A stretch of 64,000 nucleotides of DNA, taken from NCBI RefSeq assembly GCF_009914755.1, contig NC_060930.1, one strand, 5' to 3'. The stretch's first letter is position 1; every line of letters begins with the position of its first letter. A program made the position numbers and the translations under genes. Below the pieces are notes generated by a model. It saw only the letters and a program-made list of their open reading frames with translations. It was not told where the DNA came from and did no database searches. Positions 21,315-35,544 of this stretch are shown here, piece after piece. Source of the stretch: the human T2T-CHM13v2.0 reference genome, Homo sapiens.

Positions 21315-21379
21315 TAAATGTATAAATTTTTTTTATAAATTCATGTTTTTATAAATTTACATTTATAAATCCTTTTTCT

Positions 21380-21490
21380 TCAAAAATAAACCTTAGCTCA
21401 CTGTAACTTTTTTTTATAAACTTTTTTATGTTTTTTAACTTTTGACTGTTAAAACACAAACACATCGTACAGCTATACAAAAAAAAAAAT
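21380..21490. mobile_element. Tigger3-like fragment
   Basis: aaccttagctcactgtaactttt...ttaaaacacaaacacatcgtacagctatacaaaa. Confidence 0.6.
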
Positions 21491-21493
21491 TCT

Positions 21494-21798
<305 letters not shown>

Positions 21799-22661
21799 TG
21801 ATAGTTTTATATTTTACATTTAGGTCTGTGATCCATCTTGAGTTAATTTTTAGAAAGGGTGTAAGGTCTGTGTCTAAGGTCTTTTTTGTATGTGGATGTC
21901 CAGTTGATCCAGTATCATTAGTTGAAAAGACCATCTTTGCTCCATTGAATTGTCTTTGTCCTTTGTCAAAGACAAGTTGACTCTATTTATGTGGATCTAT
22001 TTCTGAGATCTCGCTTGTATGTCATAGATCTATTTCACTAATCTTTCATCAATATTACACTGTCTTGATTATTGTAACTTTATAGTAAATCTTGAAGTTG
22101 TATAGCATTATTTCTCTGACTTTATTATTCTCCTTCAATATTTTTGTTGACTATTCTGGGTCTTTTGCCTTTCCATATAAACCCTAGAATCAGTTTGTTG
22201 ATATCTACAATATAACTTGCTGGGATTTGATTGGGATTGTGTTGAATCTGTAGATCAGGTCTGGAAAAACTGAAATCTTGCCAATGTTGAGTTTTTCTAG
22301 TCACAAACATGGATTATTTCTCAATTTATTTAGATCTTTTTTGATGTCTTTCAACAGAGTTTTGTAGTTTTCTTCATATAGATCTCGTACTTGGTTTGTT
22401 AGATTTGAACCTAAATCTTTCTTTCTTTTTGGTGCTAAATAATTTAAATGACAATTTGTTTTAAATTTCAAATTCCAATTGTTCATTATTGGTATGCAGG
22501 AAGGCAATGGATATTTTTATATTAATCTTGTATCCTGCAGGCTTACTATAATTGTTCAGCAGTTTTAGGACTTCCGTTGATCCTTTGGGATTTTCTACAT
22601 AGACAGTCATGTAATGTACAAAAAAAAAAGATGGTTTTGTTTCTTCCTTTCCAATCTATTT

Positions 22662-22957
22662 ACAATCAGCTCTTCATATATGTGGGTTCTGCATCCACGA
22701 ATTCAACCAACCATGGATCAAACTATTTGGGAAAAGACAATTTTAAAAATACCACTTAAAAAACAATACAGCATAACAACTATTTTTCATAGCATTTTTA
22801 GGTAGTATAATCTAGAGGTAATTTAAAGTTTGTGGGAGGGTGTATGTAGGTTACATGCGAATACGACACCATTTTATATAAGGAACTTAAGGATCCATGG
22901 ATTTGGGTATGAAAGACAGGTTCCTGGAATCAATTTTCCATAGACACCCAGGGACTG
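22662..22957. mobile_element. Tigger4/MER46-like DNA transposon
   Basis: gtgggttctgcatccacgaattcaaccaaccatggatc...ccattttatataaggaactt...ccatggatttgggtat. Confidence 0.75.
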
Positions 22958-23566
22958 TGTTGTCTCTTTCCTTTTCTTGTTTTATTGTGTAAGCTAGGAC
23001 ATCGCAACAATGTTGAGTCTAAATGGTGTAAGAGGGGATGTCCTTGCCTTATTCCTGATGTTACCAGGAAAGCATCTACTTTCTCACTCTTAGTATGAGG
23101 TTAGCTGTAGGGTTTTGGTAAATATTTCTTATAAAATTAAGGAAATTACCCTTTGTTCCTGGTTTGTGGAGAGTTTTTTTTTTTTTTTTTTAGTCATGAA
23201 TGAGTTTGAATTTTATCAAATACTTTTTCTGCATCTATTGATATGATCATATATTTTATTCTTTAGCATGTTCATGTGATAGATTGCATTAATTGACCTT
23301 CAAATGGTGAACCAGGCTTGCATGCCTGAAATAATACACTGCTGGATTTGATTTGCTAATATTTTGTTGAGGATTATTCTGTCTACGTTCATCAGTGATA
23401 TCAGTCTATAGTTTTCCTTTCTTGTAATGTTTTTGGTTTTTATATTAGAGTAATACTGGCTTCGTAGGATGAGTTAGAAATTATTCTCTCTTCTTTTACA
23501 TTCTAGAAAAGATTGTAGAGAATTGGTATAATTTCTTCCTTACATGTTGGTAGAATTCACCTGTGA

Positions 23567-23915
<349 letters not shown>

Positions 23916-24359
23916 TGGAAGCTTATTGATTAAAATTTAGCAGACTTAGTTCTATTGAGATTACCTATGTGTCTTCTGAGAGTCTGGATAGAGGAATTGA
24001 TACAAGGAATTGATCCATTTTATCTAGGCTATCAAATGTGTGGACGTAGAGTTGTTCATAATAATCCTTTATTATCCCTTTAATGTTCATGGCATCACAA
24101 TGGCCCATCTTTATTTTCTGGTGTTAGTATTGTTTCTACTGTCTTCCTTAGTCTGGCTAAAGGTTTGTCAAGTTTATTCATCTTTTCAAAGAATCAACTT
24201 TGGGGTTGATTTTCTGCTTTCAATTTCATTGATTTCTGTTCTAATTTTTATTATTTCTTTTTGTCTGCTTATTTGGATTTCTGTTCTAATTTTTATTTTA
24301 TTATTATTATTTCTTTTCATTTGCTTATTTTGGATTTCTCTTTTTTCTAGTTTCCTAAG

Positions 24360-24457
24360 GTAAATTGGGAACTAGATTATTGATTTTAGGTATATCTTTT
24401 TTCTAATAGTAAATTCGAAACTAGATTATTGATTTTAGATATATCTTTTTTCTAATA
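24360..24457 (+). repeat. 49-bp tandem duplication inside L1
   Basis: gtaaatt(g/c)g(g/a)aactagattattgattttag(g/a)tatatcttttttctaata twice. Confidence 0.9.
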
Positions 24458-26003
24458 TGTTCATTCAGTGCTATGAATGTCCCCCATCACTGTTTTTACT
24501 GCATTCCACAAATTTTGAAAAGTTGTATTTGCATTTTTATTTAATTCAAACCACTTTTAAGCTTCTCTTGAGACCTATTCCTTGACCCATGTGTTATTTC
24601 GAAGTGTATTGTTTAATCTCCAAGGATTTTGGGATTTTCCGACTATCTGTTTCTTTTTTTTAATTTTAACTTCATTGTGGTCTTACAGCAAACTTTGTAT
24701 GATTTCTAGTCTTATAAATTTGTTAAGGTATGTTTTATGGCCCAGAGTGTGGTGTATCCTGTTGAATGAGCTGCATGAATTTGAGAAGAATGCTTACTCT
24801 GCTGTTGTTAGATAAATTGTCTACAATGTCAATTACATCCAGTTGATTGATGGTTCTGCTCAGTACAACTATGACCTCACTGATATTCTGCCTGTTAGAT
24901 TTGTCAATTACTGATATACTGGTGTTGAAGTCTCCAGCTATAACATGGAATTCATGTATTTCTCCTTGTATTCTATCTGTTTTTGCTTTATATTTTGATG
25001 CTTTGTTGCTGGGTGAATATACATGAAGAATTGTTTTGTCTTGTTGGAGAACTGACCCCTTTATAGCCATGTGATATCACCTAAACTCAACATGAGAAAC
25101 ATAGCTTCATATTGGGACATATAACAGTGAGCCAAATGGTGCTACCAATACAGAAGCAGCATAAGATACATCTTCTCACTCATGGGACTTAAAATCTACT
25201 TCACAATACAAAACTCAAAAAAAAAAAAAAATGAACACGCAAGGCAGTGCCTAATCAAGCAGGTCCCAGAGACGTTCAAAGAAGGGGAAGTCACAGAAGG
25301 AGGAAAGTGAGATCTTAGTGGATGGATAAGACAATGGGCAATGACAGGGCAATGAGCACAGTCCATTCAGAGACACTGGAAATTTCATTCTACAGTTTAC
25401 TCACATTTATAATTTTGAACTATCACTCTGGTGTTGGGAGAAATTGACTTAAGGTAGGGCAGTGATTTATTTTAAAAATAACTATGCTACAATAGCTTTA
25501 AAATATTGGACCAGGCGGTCTACCCCAAATTACAAAAGAATTACCTATCAATTTGTTTATGAATTTATTGGTAGCCACACATTTTTTTTCTAGAAAAAAA
25601 GTTCCATGGAGTGTTTGGATATCAATCAGGCCACAGTATAACTGAAACTCTATTACCCTAGAAACACCCTGCCACACAGGACAGGACCATTTTGGAAAGC
25701 TATGAAGACTAGACACTTCTCCTCCCTCTAACTTCTCAGCCAGGACACCGTCTCTGTTCAAGGCCAATGGCGGTGGATTTCACCATGGTTGCCCTCCACA
25801 GCAAAGGTTGGCTGGCGAAGGTTTATGCAGCCATGTCTGGGGGCAGCAGTGGGGAAAAGAAGAGCTCATTAGCACAGAACTGAGCTCATCTGCAAGAAGT
25901 AAACTTCTCTGTTGCTGGTAGTCAGGTCCACAGGAGAAGGTTCTAGGCCCTAGGGCCACAGTGGAAAGGTATTCACCAGGAGAATGACTCACAGGTTGTT
26001 CTT

Positions 26004-26328
<325 letters not shown>

Positions 26329-29300
26329 CTACTGAAAGTCAGCTATACACACCAGTGGTGAGCATGTCATTTCAATAATGTGCAGGACAATATCAATGCC
26401 CAGTGGAACCCATCAGTTGGGATTCAACACATGGCCAGTGGCAGAGCAGGTTGAGCTGCTCCCCTCCCCACAGTTTCTATTCTCAAGTAAGGCAGGCCGT
26501 GGTCTAGTCACTCCAGGATACAGGGTAAGAAAGGAGGGAAAGGTAGACTCAGCTGCGGCAGGCATTCATGCAGGCCAAACACTGCACACCCTAAGGGCAA
26601 TCTCAGATAACCTACAAATCTACAATGTGACATTCTCTATGTGTTCTTCTCTTCATCAACCAACAACTATGTAGATTTCTTATTGAATGACAGAATACAT
26701 GTGGAATAATAACTGTGCCCCCTTAGCACAGTGCCTATTGAATGAAAGATGGTAAATTAACATTAGTTTCTTTTCCTTCTTTGTGCTTTTTAGGGGAGGT
26801 GGGGAGTAGGAGTTAACTCAGCCAACTGTTATAAAGGTACAATTTCTCTGGAATTTGTTAATTGAGCTATCGCTCCAGCATAAAGAATCAGGACTGGGAG
26901 CAGCTATTGCCAGCTGTGTTTGGGAGCGACCTAAGCTGATTTACCATTATCATGATGATGACTTTACAAATCTATTCAGTATTTTATGTATTTAATGCCC
27001 TTAATGCTGGGTTGGGCTACAATAGTGATTAGTTGCACTAATTAGTTGAATTCATAGAGAAGTTTTTGGAGTTAGTTATGAGAGGATCGTATGTAAATTC
27101 ATGCTAACTGTATGTAAATAGGTTTCTAATTCCTCTAGGAAAAAAAAATCCACAACACAACTGCCTTGTGCTCCCCACACCCCACTCTGACCATCTGATG
27201 ACACTGGCACATGGAGATGCCATTCATGACGACGGAGGAAACCCTGCTGCTCTGAGGGCATCAGGTCACCCAGATGGCCACCAGGCTCCAGTGGTGTTCC
27301 TGAAGAGGGTGGAAGGAGAAGGCTGCTGCTCCTGGAACTCGAAGCTTTAACGAAGGTGACACAGGAGGGAGCCCCAGGCCACTCAGTCTCTAATCCTGGC
27401 TGGTGCCAGTCAGTGCGGGAGACCAGACCTGCCCTGGCTAAATACCTGCAGGTGGATCTCAGAGCAGGGACGCTGAGCCCAGGGGACAGCAGCCACATGG
27501 GCCAGGCTCCATCTGTGGAGCTGACATAACTGCCATGTGCTGGACATTAATGATTTGCTTCAGGGAAAGACAAAGTGGATGCTCCTCATCAAGTGTCAGG
27601 GCCCCTGCTCTAGAATCTGTGACTGTTCTACCCAGAACAGAAGAAATGTCCCTTCAGTCACTAGCCGGGTACCTTGGGTTTGCCCTGGGGCTACGCATAA
27701 GCTCTGAATCCAGTGAGTTGCACATCACCGGAACAGGAGGCAGAGCAGGCTCTCCACTGACGGCATGGGAGATAAATAACGCTGCACTCAGCCATCCTCG
27801 GCCAGTCTCCTTTGAGGTTTGTCTGCTTATCTCAGCATGAATTAAGAAGAAATTCCCATGTCGGAAAATGAGTGTGCAAGTTCTAAACTGTCATCACACA
27901 CTGCCAAACAGTCTTACGAAAGCGCTGTGTCTGTGAATGCTCCCACCAGTAATATATGAGCAGATGCTTTTCCCAGTCTCTCATGGGCATAGGGCATGAT
28001 GTGAGTTTTCCTATCTCTGCCAATCTGATGCTTAAAAATATATGCTTTTTTATTCATTTATAGTAATGTTTAAAATATTTTCATGTTATTACATTTTTTA
28101 TTTTTTAAAACTGCTGATTCTTAACATTCTTAATACTAAAATGTTCATCACATATATTGCATATATTGAAAATTTTTGAATATTTGTTTTTCATACTTGA
28201 TCGTGGTGCTTAATCATTGAGAAATATAATCATTTGAAAAATTTTATCACAAAGCATAAATTGTGGCTGCTTCCTAAACGAGTGGGTAATTTTTTTAATG
28301 GCTAGCTGCAAATGAATGCAAAATAGTTCTACCTGATCCTTGTTTAGGAGCCTGTTGCTTGAGCTGAAGGAAGATTACTGAGCACGCCAATAAACTACCA
28401 CAGATGCTTGGGGCTTCTGCTCTTCAGCAACTGAGTGATCCTTTGTGCTTGAAGCTTGGAGGCTGCACACAGCTGAAACTGGCCCTGCACAGACAGGCAG
28501 CCCAGGCAGCAAAGCACTGGGGACCATGCCAGTCCCTGACGCCACTGGATGGCAGGAGGGGGTAGAACTCAGCATGCCCGCTAGGTGCACTTAGCACCAG
28601 GGAGCAAAATTAGTGATGGTCACTCTGGCAATTTCCTTACCTGCACTGTTCAAGCTGGGAATAGATTTGCTTCAGGTGCTCCGGCTCATGGGCTGTCAGC
28701 AGCCCCTTTGACTCAGAAAAACAAAACGGATTTGAGAAGCACCGAGCAGAGCTCCCAGCTTGCATGGGGATGAGGGATCCAGAAGGAGCTGCTCTGCCGT
28801 GAATCTGTGGAATAGCCAAACAACCATCAGCCATTCCCTCCTAACTAAAAACAATGAAAAATTCTCTCTCTCCTATACTCTGGCTTGCCCAAATGTTCAG
28901 GGGACAATGTCAGAGTGTAATTTTGATCATGGCCATTTCAAGGCATTTGAAACGGGATTCGTTGCCGGGTTGGGCCACCATGAACTTGCACAGTCACCTC
29001 AGGAGGCCGAGCCTTCAGAGATGACAGCATTCAGCCTCAGGAGGAGCCTGCAATTCACCCACGGTCTTCCCAGTATATCCCTTCCATGGGGATACAAGAC
29101 AGTAAGGAGCTAAACAGAACCTGCTGTCTGAATGGGGAACCTGCATGCTGGGGTTCTTTTGTGTCTGAGCCCTGTCCTTCTATGGACAGACCTGTGAATA
29201 TTACATGCACAATGAGAGCCGTAGGTTTGAGCCCCGTGACACCCAGCTGTCCAAGAAGTGTTCCCTGTGTAAATGCTGACATGGACAGCTCCGCTGCTTG

Positions 29301-29644
29301 CCTCAGGCATTTCTACCTGGGTGTGACGGCCTTGTGATGGACAAGCACCTCAAGGACCAGGACTCCAAAACTACCACTGTCTTCATGTACCACTTTTATG
29401 CTGGCATCTGCCTTTCTATACAAAGTTGCTATTAATCAACATTTACCTTTTTCTACAAATACAAGTTTAGATATCATGCAAATTTCATGACCAGTAAAGG
29501 CTGCTGCTCCAATGTTCTGACTGAAAGATAATCGTTTGTTAGTTGCCTTAAGATAACGAACACCTTTCCATAATAGTCTCTAACACTTCCTTACAGTACC
29601 AACTATTTCTTACCTCTGCCCTGCCCTCCCCTGAGAAATTATTA

Positions 29645-29971
<327 letters not shown>

Positions 29972-30544
29972 TCATATCTACATCATGTCTGAGTCCAGTG
30001 TTTCTTGATATGTGTAATTCTACCAAGATCTTCTAATAATATTTTCTTTTAAGCAATTGAATTATATGTTCAGATTATTAAAGGCTAATCCTAATGTGGA
30101 ACTGAGGATAAAGTTTTGAGTAGAGTTGATCAAAATCAACTAATATCATCCCTTTTTAAAGGGAGGAGCCAGAAGTGCTGAAGTAAGGAAAGTTCATCTG
30201 CATGATGAGACTGGATAGGAAAGAAGAAGCACGTGGGAGAGACAGATTGGAAAAGACAAAGTGGATCACTTGATTCACGATTATGTGGGTGTACAGAAGC
30301 AAGTTACAAGGTTAATTGAAGGGCAAGTTTCTATCATCTGTAGCAAGCTACCTAAGACAGGAGTTCCCTTTCTGCTCAAGACACTGTAAAAAAAAAATGA
30401 AGTCTTCTTGGAAAAAAATTTTACCTCAGTTTTCCCAGTGAGACTACTTAAAAACTTATGTTTCTTCCAAACTATGTAATTATTTTAACTGTTGTAGAAA
30501 AAAAGAGAAAATGTTCACAATATTTAGTTGTAACTAGGTGATAA

Positions 30545-30861
<317 letters not shown>

Positions 30862-33139
30862 ATAAAACCCTTTTTTAAAAAAATTATGTATATGAATATG
30901 CACAGTAAAAATGGGAAATACATTGAGAAAAAGGAAAGACTGAACAAAACCAAAACAAAAAAGAACCATTTTTAACACTGAAAACCATTTTTGATAAATG
31001 GTGAAATGTCTCAAAATCTCCCACCATGAGGTACATAGGAAGTTCAAGGAACCAGATGTTTCCCAGAGCTTGCTAACAAACTCCTTCCTGCAGCAGGGAT
31101 GGTACATCTCTCAACGTGACGCTCTCAGGAGGCAGGGGTGAGAGACACAGCAGGGATGGGATCTGTTCTTGGTGGAGAGCCATGTGACTCTCTCTCCCTG
31201 CACACGGTGACCTTGGTGCACTTCTTCCTAGAACGGGACGGAGACTCGGGGGCTGCCAGCCAAGCCCGGAAAGGCTCGAGTCCATCGTTCATTTCATCAA
31301 GTTGTGGTAGTGAACAGCTGGGTTTCCTCAAACACAGTCCACAGTTTATTGTATACCTACGCTGGAAGTCCCTGAATGCGTACTCTTCACACGTTGGTAA
31401 ATGGAAATTTATTTCACCAAAATTGCTCAACGATTCCATTGCCCACATGTTAAGAAAACTTGCAGAAGCAGAACAAAAACTGAGAAAGGGAAGGGATGAT
31501 GGTTGAGAGGTGGGAGGATCCACATTTTCCCAGAATAGTAGGATGGAATTGAACTCTAACAAACACTATGGTAGAAAATCATAGTCTCTTCCCCACAACA
31601 ATCCCTAAAAAGAGCAGCAATTGCCAGCAAAGGGAGGAGAAAGATGGAATAGGTTATAAATTAATCAGCAAAGAGAATAAACTAAATTCCAGAAGCAAAT
31701 GACCAACCAGTTTCAAGCAGGTGAAATGTGTATGCATTACCCTTGTTCTTCTGAGTAACTGTACAGTCTATATACTAGAATCTCTCACTGCAGAACCAGA
31801 AGCAGCTATGAAAAGTCCTTGGCGAAGCCAGTTTCCTTCCAGCCTATCCCTCAGGCCCAGCAGGGATGAGTTTTCCCACCAGGTCGTTCCACTCTGTCCT
31901 CTCAGTTGGTGGCAGGAACCCTGGTAAGATTCTGGATGGAAGCTGCTTTCCATCCTGGATATCTATATTTTAACAGAAACTCACGATGAAAAGTCTTCTA
32001 GACTTAAAAGCATAAGTCACTAATTGTGTAATTTGGGGTATAAGGAAAGCAGCAGGAGTTTTTTTCATCATCTCTTGAATCATAATGCAAAAATAGCCCC
32101 CATCTTTATAAGGCCAACTCTCAGTATCTCTATTTCGCAAAGGAGGGTAAGTCCAAGCCATCGTAAAAGACAAGTTTATGTGCCATCATCCTTGGTCCAA
32201 CTGGTCTCTCTCACTTTAAATGACCCAGTAGGTCTTCGGAATAAAAATTTAGAGAACACAGAAAAACTATCTTGAAAGAAAAAATTTTACAGATTAGAGA
32301 AAAAACCTTCTAGAATTTTCACTTTGTATAACAAATTATATGCCTTATTCTATCTTCATGGGTATACCATCAGTACTTTTGATTTTCAGCTCAAAAACGC
32401 CAAGCTACTTTAAAGGAAAAACAGAAACAGAATTTTTAAAAAGCTGATAAACATAATACACCAGTGGCTCCCAAGGGAAAAGCTTTCAAACAAGATAGTC
32501 CCTTTTGGTGGGAATTGTAGAAGATGGGAGTTATCGCTATGAAATGATGGAATTAATCCAGAACAATGTACATTTTTATACTGACATAGGAGTTTAATCA
32601 GATGCTCAGGAACACTCACTTGAAAATCAAACTCTCATCATCATCCCTGGAAGCATTTCTTAGAACTTTCTCCTTGCACACAAGCTTTTGCCTTCAGAAA
32701 TAGCAGACAAAACCCCAAACAAGACAAACGGCAGACAGAGGAGATGAACCTGCTTAGACAGGTGCAGAAAGGGAATGAGAGCCCAGATGTCACATCTCTC
32801 AAAACCCCTCTCTGCCAGGGCTTCTTCCAGAAACACACGACCCACTCAACAAGCGCTGGGTGACCTTCACCTTACTCCTGCCCCATCAAAACCAAATGAA
32901 ACGACTCAAAGAGAGAGAAAGAATCCATGCTAAAGCTTTAATTCCTCGTTTAAAGCATGCAAAGCATCTAATTGTAAATTTAAACGTTGGAAAAACAAAT
33001 CCATTTACCTCCTCGCAAAACATTCATCATTAAGGAGAAGATGCTCTATGCTTCCTAATCCATCACCAGGGGAAATCACTGTTCACTGTGGTCTGTAACA
33101 ACTTTCCTATCACAGACAAACATGCATTTGTTTTTATAA

Positions 33140-33467
<328 letters not shown>

Positions 33468-33540
33468 TATATCCCACTTTTTAAACACCCAGTGTTATTG
33501 TATTCATCTTATGAATCTTTGAAACAATTTTGTTTTTTCC

Positions 33541-33846
33541 TTTTTTTTTTTTTTTTTTTTTTTTTGAGACAGGGTCTCACTCCTCACTCTGTCACCCAGG
33601 CAGGACTGCAGTGGCACTGTCATGGCTCACTGTAGCCTCCGTCTCCCAGGCTCAAGTGATGCTCCCGCCCCAGCCTTGAGTAGCTGAGACTACAGGCAGG
33701 TGCCACCACACCTGGCTAATTTTTGTATTATTTGTAGAGACATGATGATGTTGCCCAGGCTGGTCTGGAATTCCTGGGCTCAAGTAATCCTCCCACCTTA
33801 GCCTCCCAAAGTGCTGTTATTACAAACATGAGCCACTGTGCCCAGA
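33541..33846 (-). mobile_element. Alu (AluJ-like)
   Basis: TSD tgaaacaattt. Confidence 0.93.
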
Positions 33847-34211
33847 CCTGAAACAATTTCAGTGGCCACATAATATTAAAGTAAAAGAACCTATCACAAT
33901 TTATTTCACCATTTTCCTATTGGACATTTAGGTTGCTTCCCGTGTGAATTTATATTTATTTATGTAATTAATTGATGAACATTCATCTGCTTCACCAGAT
34001 TGTAAAGCCTTGTGTTTGTTTTCAGTCACCATTATTTCTCTTTCCATAGCAAAACTAAAACATGCCAGTTGGTGATAGTGTCTGGTGAATGAGGGATTGA
34101 ACCTACACTTTAATTTTTTCCTCTAATCAGCCTCATCCACAAAACAGTTCTGATTCTCATCTCAGCCATACACAGTTGTCTGTCTCTTCTAAAATTCCCC
34201 TGTAGTTCTTT

Positions 34212-34219
34212 TGTGTGTG

Positions 34220-34251
<32 letters not shown>

Positions 34252-34260
34252 CGCGCGCGC
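34212..34260. repeat. (TG)n(CG)n compound microsatellite
   Basis: tgtgtg...gtgcgcgcgcgc. Confidence 0.95.
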
Positions 34261-34668
34261 CTCCCTCATAGAGGAAAGATATTGAGCACGATTATGTGTC
34301 AGGCCCTGTGCCAGTCACATTCAAGGAGACAGTGCCTGAAGGGTTGCACCACAGCCTTTATAAAGGACAGGCAAGAAAAAACCCTGCCCCAAAATGTTCA
34401 ATCAAGGACCCTTCCAGAATGCTGCAGTGGCTCCACCAAGCAGTCTGGCTCTGGAAAAAGCTCCAGAGTCCCACCCGAAATGAGATCTCCGTCCTCTGTG
34501 TCTGGGGATTGTCTGCGAGGACAGAAGCCTGGAGTGCACTACAGCTCAGGGGGTCTGTCTTAGCGGCTGAGCCCTGGGCAGGGAGACAGGAGGCAGCGGC
34601 TAAGGATGGGGGCGCTGGAGTGAGTTCCACACAACCCTGACTTTCACGGAGGGTGTCAGCAGAACAGT

Positions 34669-34678
34669 GTGACGTCAC
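34669..34678. promoter_or_regulatory. Full palindromic CRE
   Basis: GTGACGTCAC in non-repeat DNA; E-box TCACGTG at 34860-34866. Confidence 0.35.
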
Positions 34679-34896
34679 CTGCAAGGAGGAGAAAAGGAGA
34701 GCGAGAAGCCAGTAGCCCATTCTGGAGAAAGGGAGGAGAAAGTAGTGTTTCCTTGTTAATAGAGTGTACTTATTCTCAGACGTAACTAACCGCCAAAGTA
34801 AAGACATCATTACACATAAAAATTGCAAGGCAGAAGTAGATGTGTGAATTTTCACTCACTCACGTGCACAGAAGTCTCTACTTTCCTCCCCCTTAA

Positions 34897-35239
<343 letters not shown>

Positions 35240-35544
35240 TGATTTTTGAACCTCACATATGGGAGGTACTGAAATCCACAAGGTTTGAACACCAAGAGTT
35301 CACTGAAAATAAAATTTATTTTCCTCCACACCACAAATTGTGATTATCCCCCATTCTGTGTGTGTCTTAACACACGTGTGAAAGCAACGAGCAGGCACCG
35401 AGTTAATTTTGACTAAGGATTCCAGGAAAAGCTACTTCACTTCCTAAGGACAGTCAATGTATGAGAGGGATGTAGGGAGGGAGGGAGGAGGGGATGGTAG
35501 CTGGAGGGTCCCACATTTTCAAAATGATAAAGTTTCAAGTTTCT

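Noticed and set aside
28540-28610. CTCF-like CCACTGGATGGCAG and GCACCAGGGAGCA
   Set aside because: Mismatches at core positions; too weak without ChIP data.
28760-29337. 117-aa and 83-aa ORFs with Cripto-like peptides
   Set aside because: Each is in the Cripto frame only briefly; frameshifts and stops destroy the EGF and CFC domains.
31073-31562. Overlapping 122-145 aa ORFs in non-repeat DNA
   Set aside because: No recognisable homology or convincing splice structure; a lncRNA or enhancer cannot be excluded.
34213-34855. 114-165 aa ORFs
   Set aside because: Begin in a microsatellite or show no homology; no coding evidence.
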